The notes below the pieces were generated by a model that did not search any database, was not told where the DNA came from, and saw only the letters and a program-made list of their open reading frames with translations. This document shows positions 1 to 12,200 of a stretch of DNA of 64,000 nt, piece after piece (position 1 is the first letter of the stretch; each line of letters begins with the position of its first letter). The position numbers and the translations under genes were made by a program. The DNA comes from Pocillopora damicornis (taxonomy: Eukaryota). The DNA lies in the NCBI RefSeq assembly GCF_003704095.1, contig NW_020844379.1, forward strand, positions 186,001 through 250,000, in the 5' to 3' direction.

Positions 1-90
1 TTACATCATGCTGAAGGTAATAGAAATAGATTTCTTTATTATGCATCGGAACATTCATCAGGTAACTGGATGCAATGAATTTATTTCCAG

Positions 91-241
91 AAAGTCACAG
101 AAGAACAAGAATTCCTCAAACTGAGGCTTTTAGCAGAGAACAGGAAAGAGGACAAGGAGATAAAGAGGCTTGAAAAGCTTTTAAAACTTGGCAGTAAAGA
201 GAAAGTTACCTGTAAGAAATTCAAAGCAGATGGTCTTGATT
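91..241 (+). CDS. NOM1: NOM1 exon (KVTEEQ...ADGLD)
   Basis: ttccag acceptor; ends at GTATCTTT donor. Confidence 0.88.
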
Positions 242-3200
242 GTATCTTTTTGTTATATACTACAAGTTTTGTAATATGTAGTTCCCCTTTAGTTGTTGGG
301 TGCAGGTTTCAGACCTGACTGGGTCATTTTGTTATGTTCTTAGACAAGAAATTTTACTCTGACTGCTTCTTTCCACCCAGGAGTATAAATTGGTATCAGT
401 AAACCATCAGGAAAGCCTGATAGTGTACTGGGAGGAAACTTGCAATAGCTGACACACATACTCCTAATTCCCTCTAGTTATGGGAATGTCAGTTATTAGT
501 TGTCGTGGATGAAGTTAATGACTATGGTTTTCAGTTATTTTGATTCAGAAAGCTTGGTGAATTGACTAGTTAGATTATGGGTGAAACCCATATAAATTAT
601 CTTGTATAGGCATGAAGCAAGATTGAATAATCTGATTTTTCTAGAATAAACCTGATAGTCTTCCAAAAGTAAACAATACGACAGGTTAGTGGTGGTGTCA
701 CTTTATTTAATTTACTAACACTGTATGGCTATCCATCATACTCCTTGCCTAACACAGAATAGATAGTGAGTTCCATAGCCAATCAGATTGCAGCAATCAT
801 GATAGAATGGTAATAGATTTAATGTGGTTATTATCAATTATTGGATGATATTGCTCTGCCAGAGCAGAAGGCTTAGATTGATATCACAAACTGAGGCCTG
901 GATAATTCTGGCTATCAATTTTATCCTCATCCAAAAATAGACAAAGCTGTACAGGTGTAGGTCTATGATGCCGTCTGGCCTTTCATCTCTCAGATACAAC
1001 CATAACAATGTAGCTCTATGGGATTACACGAGTGGGGCCTGACAGGGCATATTATATTTGACCATATTAACTTTGCCATTTCTTTCCAAACATTTGGATG
1101 TGGCTATGTTGTTGTCTTGACATATCTGACACTAGATTTATTAGAAGTTTGTGAGCATCAGCAAAAGGAACATGACATAGAAAGTGGTGAAGGTTTGGAG
1201 TCAAGAGATGAAATGTTTTCCAGGGAGGTAATTCTTGACATTTACAAATATTTCAAGCTGTCTAGGAGTAATTTTCCAAAAATGTTTTCATTCTTTATTT
1301 ATATTTTGCATAATCAGGTAAAACATAGTGACATCATGGGCATTGATGGAAATCCTAAACAAAACATGAGTGAAAGTGCACAGCATGACAGTGATGATAG
1401 CTATGCTGATTCTCAACTTAATGATGATGATGATGATGACATTGGTCACAATGTTATTGATGATGATGAATGCAATGATAGTGATTCCAGCTATGGTGAT
1501 GATATTGAAACCAAACATTACAGTGGAGGTAGTGATGACAGTGGTCATGGCAATAATGATGATGGTGAGGGATGTGAAGAGGGGGATTATAGCACTGATA
1601 AGAGAGACTTTATAGAGACATTTGAAAATGACAAAGATATTTACTTTGAAGAGGAGGACAGTGGCAGCAAAGCTAACAGTTGCAAACAAACAGATGACTT
1701 TAAAAAATATGTTCCACCCCATTTGAGAAACAAGAACTTGTCACAGACCCAAAATGAACACTTGCACAGACTATCATGTCAGATTAAAGGTCTACTGAAT
1801 AGGTGAGAGGTACATTCACAATGTAAATACTCTTAAATTACCCGCAGTGTGATGTAGTTACTCCAGAAGGCTTTCTAAAATACTTTTTTGTGGAAGACTC
1901 ATGAATAGAACACAAAACACAATTTTCAGTTCCACAAAGAGGTTATTAGATCCAATGTAACTCAAATGCATGCAACTAAGATAGCCATTGTTTCAAATTG
2001 TGATCAACTTCATGAGTCAGCTGTATTTTTTTTGTTACAAATAGCTGTGATTTTGCGTGAACATGAAATAATGTCACTTGATTTGCATTAAATACTTGTT
2101 GGAATTTATATATTTTTATTTATGACAGGCTGAATGAGGGAAATATGTCAATTATTAGTAAAGAGATTGAACAAATTTACATGCAAAACAGTCGAAATGG
2201 TATGTTAACACTTTTATTTCCTAATGTAACAAGTGCTACTTGGAATTTTCCAAGTAGTAAAAACTGTAATCAGATGTACTAATAATATAACAACATGTTA
2301 AAAGTAAGGTTAAAGGCCCAAAAAAAGGGGCTTTAAAAGTTCTAACAGTTCTGTGTGACTCTGGTGGCAGATTCCACTAGGAAATGTCTGTAAGTTGTGG
2401 TGTTGACCTTAGGTTTTAGTTTCAGTTTTAGAATGTCAGTTCCCCTCAGATCATATCTGGTGTTTTTTATATGTAGTAACTTTTTCATGCCTTTAGGAGC
2501 TAAAATCGTAATTAATAGCTTTTAAACCTATACAAACTGTGTTTGCAAGTCTTTGATTAGTCAATGATAGTTAGCCTATCTTATTGCGTAGTTCCTGGTA
2601 GTGCGTTCATTTTTCATTAGAAAGAATCAGAGCACACATTTGCTTACTTTTTCCAGTATGGCACTGGCACTATTACTGCAGAAGTGCCAGGTCTCAAAGC
2701 AATAGTTTAAATGGGAAGGATGAAAGCAGAATTTATGTATTTTTTTTGTTTCAAAGGGTGACAAATGTTTTCATATGCTTAAGAATGGCAACTTGCTGAG
2801 AGACTTTTCTGCACACTTTGGCTTCATGCTTTTCAAATTTTAGTTTGTCATCTATCATTACTCTAAGCATTTCAAAATCTTTGCTGATGTGAATTTCAGT
2901 GTTTCCAAAAAAAAAAACAAAATGAGGCGTGGTTTGGGTCTTTCCCATGACAATTGGTAACTTTGTGGGGTTTATTCTCATACTATTTCTCATTTTAAAT
3001 TTTCATGGCCTCTTTGTTGGCATAAAATATCTGGGTGTCATCTCCATAGGCAGAAAAACTGCTTTGCTTGATGACCTCTAACCTACCATGTTTTACCTAA
3101 ATTAACCTCAAATCAATTAAAATAACATTACATTTTGGCATTAGATGATAGAAAAAATAGAGGACTGTCAGGCTAAATGCAAAAATATACAAACACCTGG

Positions 3201-6200
3201 TTACTCATGTAATAATCTGATATACCCAAAGATGGGTAATTTGTTTTTTTTATGAATGCCAAATTAAGGAACATTTTAATCATCAATAAAAAGATTACAT
3301 TTTTTCAAAAAAACTTGCTGTGAATTGTTTACCAAAGTTTAATTTGTGATAGCTAAAACAATGTCACAAGAAGAGCAAATGTGGCATCAAGTAAACACAA
3401 TTGTGCTCTACTCTAGCAGGAGACCTCTAAAGACCTACCATAGAAACCTTCTTCCCATGTTCCACACTTCCCTGACCTTGCACACATTGTTGCTACTTGC
3501 TAATAAAAATGCCTTGACATAAACCTTGAACTAGGGCTAGAAATTGATGTTGTCATTTTTCTATTTACCTGAGTGTTTACAAAGCTGGCTAAAATATTTC
3601 TTTTTTCCTCTTAGATATTAACAAGATCCTAAGTAATCTTATTCTGGCCTCATGTGTTTCTGCATCCATGATGCCTGACAAACTTTTGATGGAGCATATC
3701 ATGTTGTTGGCAATTCTTTCAAGTCATGTTGGAATTGATGTAGGTAAGGTTTCTTTTATCTGCCGTGAAACTTCTTGATGAACATTAATATAGGGTGCCT
3801 TGGAATTCTGGAACCTATCAGGTGAAATGTGATTTTAAAGGACTAGCATTTTCCCATGGAGCTGCATACTTTTGTCTGTGTGTGTGTGTGTGTGTGTGTC
3901 TTTTGAACACCAGGGATTCAATAAACATTATCACATCACTTGCTAGTGGTTTACATTGTTGGCTTGATAAGCTTAAAGAGTATTGGAAGGTGAAATTTGA
4001 ACATTTGGCTCCTCTGATGAACAAGTACGATATGTAGAATTGACTTTCCCTGAGCTTCACTTGGGACAAACTAAACTGAGATGAAATTAAGTTCATGTTA
4101 AATTTGAATTAGTTGAGTACATCCAACTGAATTTGGATCCACCAACATTCTCTGTGTCTGCTTCAAACAGATAAAACATGTGAAGATAGAGTGGGGACAA
4201 ATGTCACTCTTTTCAATATTGAACTTAATAAATAAATTACAAATTGCCTTATTTGAAATCCTGCTGACTGGAAGACACCCTTTTGCTGCCCTGAATTTGG
4301 TTTCATGTATTCTCTGTCAACCAAAATTACAATTTAGTCATTGCATGTGGAGTTCGATGTGTGAACTGGGCCCTAGATACTTCCCTAGAGAAAAGCTCCA
4401 TGTGTAGCTTGTTTTGAATTATTCAAGAAACCAATCGCAAAATTTAAAATGGAGTTTTACATATGACACACAGTCATCTTTTATTGTTGTTAATGTAGTC
4501 ACAAACAAGTGTTGATAGGACTAGTTGTGCTTGACCATTAAGACATTTTACTAAGTCATATGTTTTCTGTAGGTGACAATTATTTTCATATTGGTTATTA
4601 AATCTTTCTTTTGGTGTTTATTTCAAGCTGCTTTCTTCATTGAGCGACTGGCAGAATTGTTTGATAAACTGCACAAGAGCAACAAAGACAGTTTTGGACA
4701 GGGGAAAGAGTGTTATAATGTTATAGCTCTGTTTTCACATCTGTGCAACTTTAAAGTATGTGTACTTTTTGTTAAATAATGTATTTTTGTAATTGCAGTA
4801 ATGCTTGGGAAAGTGAAAGAACATAAAGCACATCAACAGGCTTAAATTTAATCATTTGTTTAGAAGGTAGAAATCCAGTGTACTAAGGAAAATATGACAA
4901 AGGAAATAGACCTCTCTTGCTCTTCATGTAATAACAAATAGTTTTACTGACAGAGATTTGAAGTGTTGTTACATGAATATATTGCTAAATGTTTTACCTT
5001 GCTTTTGTTTGACCATTTGTTCTGCCTTCTTCCATTCCTTCACAGGTTACTCACTGCTGTCTCATTTATGACATCATTCAAAGGCTAGTGAATTCCTTCG
5101 GTGAAAGAGATATTGAACTACTTCTACTGCTTCTGAAATGTAAGCAAGAGAATTATGATAAATTACAATAAGAAGGGATTTCTGTTATCCTTTCTCTGAT
5201 AGAGGTGGTCATCTTTTTCAAATTTGGTGGGACACATTGATTTCTCTTATTGGAAATTTTAAAAGTTGTGTTTGATTAATTTCCCTTTTTGGCTTTTTTC
5301 GTCTGAATGTTCATTTAATATGTCTTAAAATCCTACCAAGTTAATATTTTCATGTTCTGGTTATATCCCACTGTAACAGTAGTAAACAGTCACAAATTGA
5401 GTACAAATTACGGACTCTATTTTTGGTTGGTATCAGCAAAAGATTAAGTGATATTCTCAAAAAATCTAAAAATAAAAAGGAAGGAGTGACAGTGTTACAT
5501 GTAGGTAATTTAGTGTTAACAACTGGGTTGAAAACGTAAATTAGCCACCGTAAAGGGTAAAAAGCTGACGTTTCGAGCGTTAGCCCTTCGTCAGAGCGAT
5601 AGATAGTGTTACATGTAGCTTGGTCGATTCATGTCATAATGAACTTTAGGAAAAACTCCAGAATAAATGTAATAAGATTTGTTGATTGCTTATGATCTGA
5701 CAAATGTACTTCAAGAATTTTTTTTTCACATTGCCTTTCGCTATTTTTGAATGAAAGTTAATTTACAGCATTCATATTTTTCTCAATGTTACCCTCAATC
5801 ATTTGATGGATGGTCCTGATCTTATAGTCTATTATTATTTCATTTTAATAGTAGTTGGAGCAGAAATCAGAAGAGGTGATCCATCAGCATTGAAGGTGAT
5901 AATTTCAGTACAATTACCCATTCATGTAATCATAACTACCAGTATGTCAATGCCATTAGTGCATATGGAGAGGAATTGAGGAAAGGAACTGTCAGATCAC
6001 CATTATCATTATCGTCTTAAACCACTGATTTGATTCTGTGTCATTTCAATACATACTAGTTGCAGCAAATGAAGAACTCGTACTTCTGAAGCTATGACAA
6101 TCAGATGTAGGCTCCCTTGAGTAATTAAAGATATAAGTGATTTGATTTTTAAAATGATTGTTTGACAACCTTCTTGATAAAGAATGAGTCGTGTCTAACA

Positions 6201-9200
6201 TCAATAAAGAATTGGTCCATTCTTAGCATGCATATATTGAGTTATGGATGCACACAGGGAGTTTGGAAAGTACAAGAGAAGCATAGGAGTTGCTTGAGGG
6301 GCAGCCAAGAGCAACTCTAGCTTCTAGCTTAGTACTCTCTAAACTTCCCAAGTGCATCTATGACTCAATATAGTTACAGCTGAGGCATAAACCAATTCTT
6401 TTGTAAAATACAGTAGCATACAGACACAAGTTGTGCTCAAAAAAGACGAGTCTATAACCAATTTCTAAATCTTTACTCAAAGAATTGTAAATTTTCTGCT
6501 CTGAGGCAAAAAAGAAGGAATTTCTTGCTTGTACAAGACTGCACAGTAGATTCAACAAGCTTGAATTGTTGTTTATTAGAATTCACAATAAAAAAAATTG
6601 CATAGGTTTGCCTTGAAAATTTTGAAAATTCTCAAATTGTACTATTTTAAAATTAAAATCTATTGAACGATAGTTTTAGGAAATATCAACACTTAAAAAT
6701 AATATTGACTGTTCGAAAAATGAAGCAAAAAGACTTTCACAAATCTTGTATTTACAGACCTGTGTGGTGATTAACTCTGCTTGAATAGTTGTCTACCAGA
6801 AGTTACAGCCAGAGAATTGCAAAGCTTTGTGTTGAAAATTTTGAAAATTGTATGATTTTAATTCAGAATCTGCTATTGAACAAAACTTTTGGAAATATCA
6901 AGACTTCAAAATAATATTTACCACTACCTAATGTCCCAAAGCTTTAGTTGAAGTCAGAAAAACTCAGTTTTGTTTTTCAGCCATAATTCCCATCGCATTT
7001 GGGGTTGAAGTTTCTCAACTCTAAAATTAATTTTGTTGCTTGAAAGAGCTACTTGCTCATTGTTTTTGAAACTAGTAATGGGCTAAAACTCCCTGGGCAC
7101 TTTCAGCCCAATTGAAATCGCACTTGTCATGTGATGGATGCATAGCGATGGGGTACATAAGGATTTTTACCTAGTAGGTAGCTGCTTAGGAAATAGGTAG
7201 GCCTTGCACACATGCTATGTTATAACAACAATTGGTAAAAAAAACAGCAGACTTTTTTATCTTGCTTCAGGGTGAGAGTTGAAAAAGTTATACAGTATTT
7301 CACCAGTAATAACTAATAATTTGAACAGTAACGACAGTATTTTGAGAGATTTTTTTAGAGAGATTTGCTTGAATATGTAAGTCCATCCAACAGACGGGTT
7401 ATGCAGAGCAGTGAGAGCTTTAGTATTTTATCTTCTATAATGTTATTGGTGCGCCTCAGAAAACTGCATACACCACTCTAACCAATTCCACTCTAACCTG
7501 AATTCTAAATTTTAAACTGGGTGCTTGATTGCTGTTGTTCACAAATGACTGTGTTGATATATAAATTAATAAACTCAATGTTTTTCATTTTTTGCTATTT
7601 TCAGTGGGAGTTTATTTATGAACTTTTGATTTTTATCCTTTGTAGGAAATTATACTCCAAATTCAAGCAAAGGCAACTTCCACACCAATCTTGTCTAGTG
7701 AGTAAGTATGCAACCCTGTTCCTTTAAACAGTAAACTGACAAATGTAAATTCCAACTGCAAGCAAATTGTGTCAGGCAGGCTTAAATCTGTCAGGGCACA
7801 TCTTTAATGTCTGATATTGTGTGATTTGTAATGTGTAGTAGCAAAAATAAATGTGCAGCTTTGAAGAGTCTTTGACTTTCAAATGAACGGAAAATGGTAC
7901 AAATGAAGGAACAAAATACTGATTGATTTTTGTTTATAAGGTTTTGCTATCATGGATAAATAATAACTTGCACAAGTTACATGATGCACTGTGTAGGCCA
8001 TCATAACTTTGGATTCATCCCTTAACCCTTTAACTCCCATGAGTGACCAAGACATAATTTCTCCTCACAATATCCATGCATTATCAAGCAGACAAGTGAT
8101 GAGAATAAAGAGAAATATCAATTAGGGGATTAGTAGTTGATCCAATAACAAATTCTTGGAACTAAAATCATAGGAATTGTATGGCAGTCATTAAGGAGAA
8201 TTGCAAATGAGATCTTGGGAGTTCAAGGGTTAATGAACTGAAAAAATTCAGGGTCAAGCAAAGAAATGTTTTGGAAGTCGGTCATATTCAGCCATTACTA
8301 ATGAGCTAATTTGGCATTAGGTTCTCCATCTAATCAGTTGTATATGGGTATGTATCTTGTGATTTTAAATTGTTATTGGACATAAACATAGTGCAAATCT
8401 CAATGGCCAAATGAAAGACATGTGCATTAAAGGGCAAACTGTCAGCAAGCACTCTCCATGTTGTCCCTGGATCCTTCCTTGCTAAAACAAAGAGCTAAGG
8501 AATTGCTGCAAAATTAAGAAAAGATTGTGAAGGAACTGTGCACCCACATGGACAGAATAGTTGAGAGACTGATACTAAGGTGACTGTTTTTGTAATGGGG
8601 TTATAAGTGAGCAACTAAGCAAAGATGAACTATGGTTGGTCTCGATGTACATGTACTGTAACACCGAAACAGAATAGGGGCCCTTATCTGAATATGGACA
8701 CTTATTGCAATGAGGGTGCTAACTCAATTGGGCTGCTTATTAGAATAGGGGCACTGTTGTGGTGCAATCTAACCAACAGAAAGTACACTGTACCTTAATA
8801 AACTCAACTACTTTATTAAACAACTTGTGATATTCTTAGGGTTATTAACAAAAACAAATTTGGGGGGGGGGCACTTATTGGAAGGAGGGTGCTGAATCAA
8901 ATCTTTATGGTACCTATAAATTGTTCTCTACAACCGAATTTAGCAAAGTAGGTCTTCATGTTATGGGTTAGTAAAAGAATGACTTGTATATATTTTTTGG
9001 TGCCTTTTTGCCTTATTAATACATTTAAGTTTAGTCAGCTTTGATGTCAGATACCTGTCAGGTTATGTTACCTTGCAAATGAAGTGGATCTGTGAGATCA
9101 TTGTAAAGCAAGTAACTTGAAGACAGACTTTTTACTCCATCACAAACCACTAGCCTTGTATTCAGTCCTATTTTGAGAGCATGTGACCATTGGTGTTTTA

Positions 9201-12200
9201 TAGCACAGTCAAACCCTTGAATAGATAGATAAATGAATATTCCCTACTGCTGACTATGTGTGGCTACCCACACAAAAATTAGCTCAGTTTTAACAATCCA
9301 GGCTGAATAGAAATATGGGTAATTCTGGTATAAGTGTGAATTGTAAGTGAGGTTTTTACCAAATATGTGCCAGTTTTACAATAAATGAACAAACCTAAGT
9401 TTCAGACTTGGCCTGGTATCAATACCTGTTTAAAGTACATCAGTACTTTATATTAAGAGGATGTTTGGAGACAAATATCAAGCCCAAATGAGTGGAGAAC
9501 AAGAACAACATATGTTGATTTCCAAAGCTAATAAGTTGTTCTGTGATATAATAAACTAGTCATATGTGCCTACATGTGCTTGGCCTGTTTAGCTGATCAA
9601 TTTTCATTTTCTAGTTCCAGAGTTTGCTTCATGTTGGAAATAATTGCCAAGCTACGCAACAACAATTTAAGAAAGATACCAGGCTATGATTCTTCACAAA
9701 TAGAACACCTTAGAAAAACTCTTCATTCATTAATCAGAGAGTCAGGTATTATTTGTAATTTTTTATGAGTTTTGGAGTACCAAAAATAAATGAAGTGAAA
9801 AGCTTAATTAAAGAATTGTAGAAAACAATTTAAAAGTTAATGTGAACTCAAAGGGGTACAAAATTCATTATGAACCTTGGGAATACAGAAGTGTGATGCA
9901 TTTTTTTTTTAATTAGAAAGACCAAATAATGGTTCTTACAGGTCAATGAATTTCTAGGCATAATCAGAGAATTATAGAAAATAAAACTTATGGTAAAACA
10001 TGTTTAAAGGAGTAGTTTTGTACTTTACAACAATTATTTAAGAGCTGCAACTTATGTGAGGAAACCCAAGACAACATAAATTGCAATACAGGGTTCCCAT
10101 GTTATTGCAAGTTCACTGTGTTAGCAAATATATTAAAAATACTCTTTGGTAATCTCTTGATTGAAAGTAATGCTGTATGTGACATTCCACCTTTCAGCCA
10201 ATCTTACAATTCCTTACAAATCTAACAGATATGTAAAATGCTTCCCTGTAACACTTACTCAAAACATTGTTAGTTACAACAACTTGTAAGCAAATCAACT
10301 TTGATGTGGATTTCTTCTATTTAAGGATGTCTAGTCTCCAATCAGCTCAGAGTTAGTCTACAAGACTTGCTGAACATCAAATTGAAAGGTGAGTAATAAA
10401 GAATGACCACATTATTACAAAGAAACTACATGCATGCCATGAGCTAACATATGAAATAAAGATTTTGGTTTTCCTTTTCTTGTATGTTTCATGCAAAACA
10501 TATAATAATCTTTGCTGATTTTCATTTTCTCATCAATTACATTTTGAGATCACATAGTACACTTATGACATGTTTTCCCTCATTATAAAGTTCTATTCAA
10601 AATGTCTGAAATGACCTCATTTCAATAAATGAACCGATGCCATTTATTCTATTCCTTGCGATGACTGTGACGACGAACACATCGGGCAGACCAAACATCA
10701 GTTTGGTACACATTTGAAAGAGCATCAAAAAGCTGGGTTTTTTTTGCAAAAAAGAAAATTCAGCTTTACTGGAGCACACATGCCTAATCAACCATACAGT
10801 TGGGTGGGATAAGTCTAAAATTATCACCACTAATTGGAGTTACCACCAGTGCCTTTGTTTGGAAGCTTGGCATATGAACTCCACCCATGCTCCTTTAAAT
10901 CATGATGATGGCGGTTTACTTCCTAATGCCTATTTACACCTCGTCAGAAAAAAAGAGAAAAAAAAAGGCAGCTAATTAGTGATCATATAAAAGGACCTCT
11001 TGTTGCAACATTTAGTTCACCTGATGAAGGCACTAGACAGGAGTGTCAAAACGTTGGGTCTATGAATTGTAACTTCTTCAATTACATTCATCAAATCTGT
11101 AAACCAGAGTAGCATTAAACCATGTCTGATTGTCCACCTGGTTGCCATGTGAACTTTAATACATTCTGTTTCAACTAATTGTTAACTCTGTAGCTATTAC
11201 TTACATTGCACAATTCACTTTGTATTGGTGAAGTAAACACTAAAAAGGATCCTTTAGGTATCTACTTGATACAGGAATTACTATATTTTCAACTCAGTGT
11301 TCTAAACCTTTTTGGAAGAAAATATAAACACAAATTTTTAACTATAGTGCAATGATATAGAAGAGCAGACATCTTGAAGCAGTGCTCTCAATAAGACTCG
11401 GCACCCACCAGAGCTCTGGTGGGTATTCTGTTGACAATCGCTGGGTATACTTTGCCATGTTCAAGTCAAATTTTCAGAACAAATAGATAAATAGATAAAT
11501 AACATAGAAAGTAATTATAGTCAATTTAGTATTGGAGGCCATGTATTCACCTCATTTATTTTTCAAATTCTGTGGTCTTTGATTGTTAGATTCATTCTTT
11601 CACCAGTGGTTTTCTTTTTCTGCTTGTTAAGTGTGTTCTACATAAATTCATTATAAGGGAGGTAGGAGTACACATCATCTTAAAATACATATTGAAGTGC
11701 ATTGAGTATACATTGGCTCAAAATAATTTGCAAGCAACTTTGTGCTTAACTAAAATTATCAATATTTTTGGACAAACAACAGTTCTCAACTCCTAGTTCA
11801 AAAACAAACTTGAAAATCAAATTTATCAAAGTAGTGTGTTTGCTGATAACAAGCATCAATCAAATTCAGAACTTTTAAGGAAAGATGTTTTAGAAGTTTG
11901 TATGGAGAACACTTAATCTAGGCTTAACTACAAAGAGAGGAACAAAAACAGCTATTGAACACCTAGCATCTAACCTTTATTAAAAAATAAGAGCTGCATT
12001 TGCTGTGAAAAGCAAAGAACTTCGTATGGTTACTGGTTTGCTAGAACATAGCCAAATAGGTGACTTTTCATTATTGTGTCTACTGCTTTGAAAAGCAGTA
12101 GGCACTATAGTCATCAAAAAAGCTGAGCACCTAAGTTAACAATAGAATCACTCCATAACTAATGAATCTGATGAGTGAACAATAGATAAAAAACCAATAA

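Noticed and set aside
1018-1135. ATG 1018 as the NOM1 start
   Set aside because: This is intron read-through; the conserved DGLDY motif needs the 241/1136 splice.
1288-1722. 144-aa hydrophobic minus-strand ORF and the 81-aa Met-rich ORF 1370..1615
   Set aside because: Shadow frames of the GAT-rich acidic NOM1 exon.
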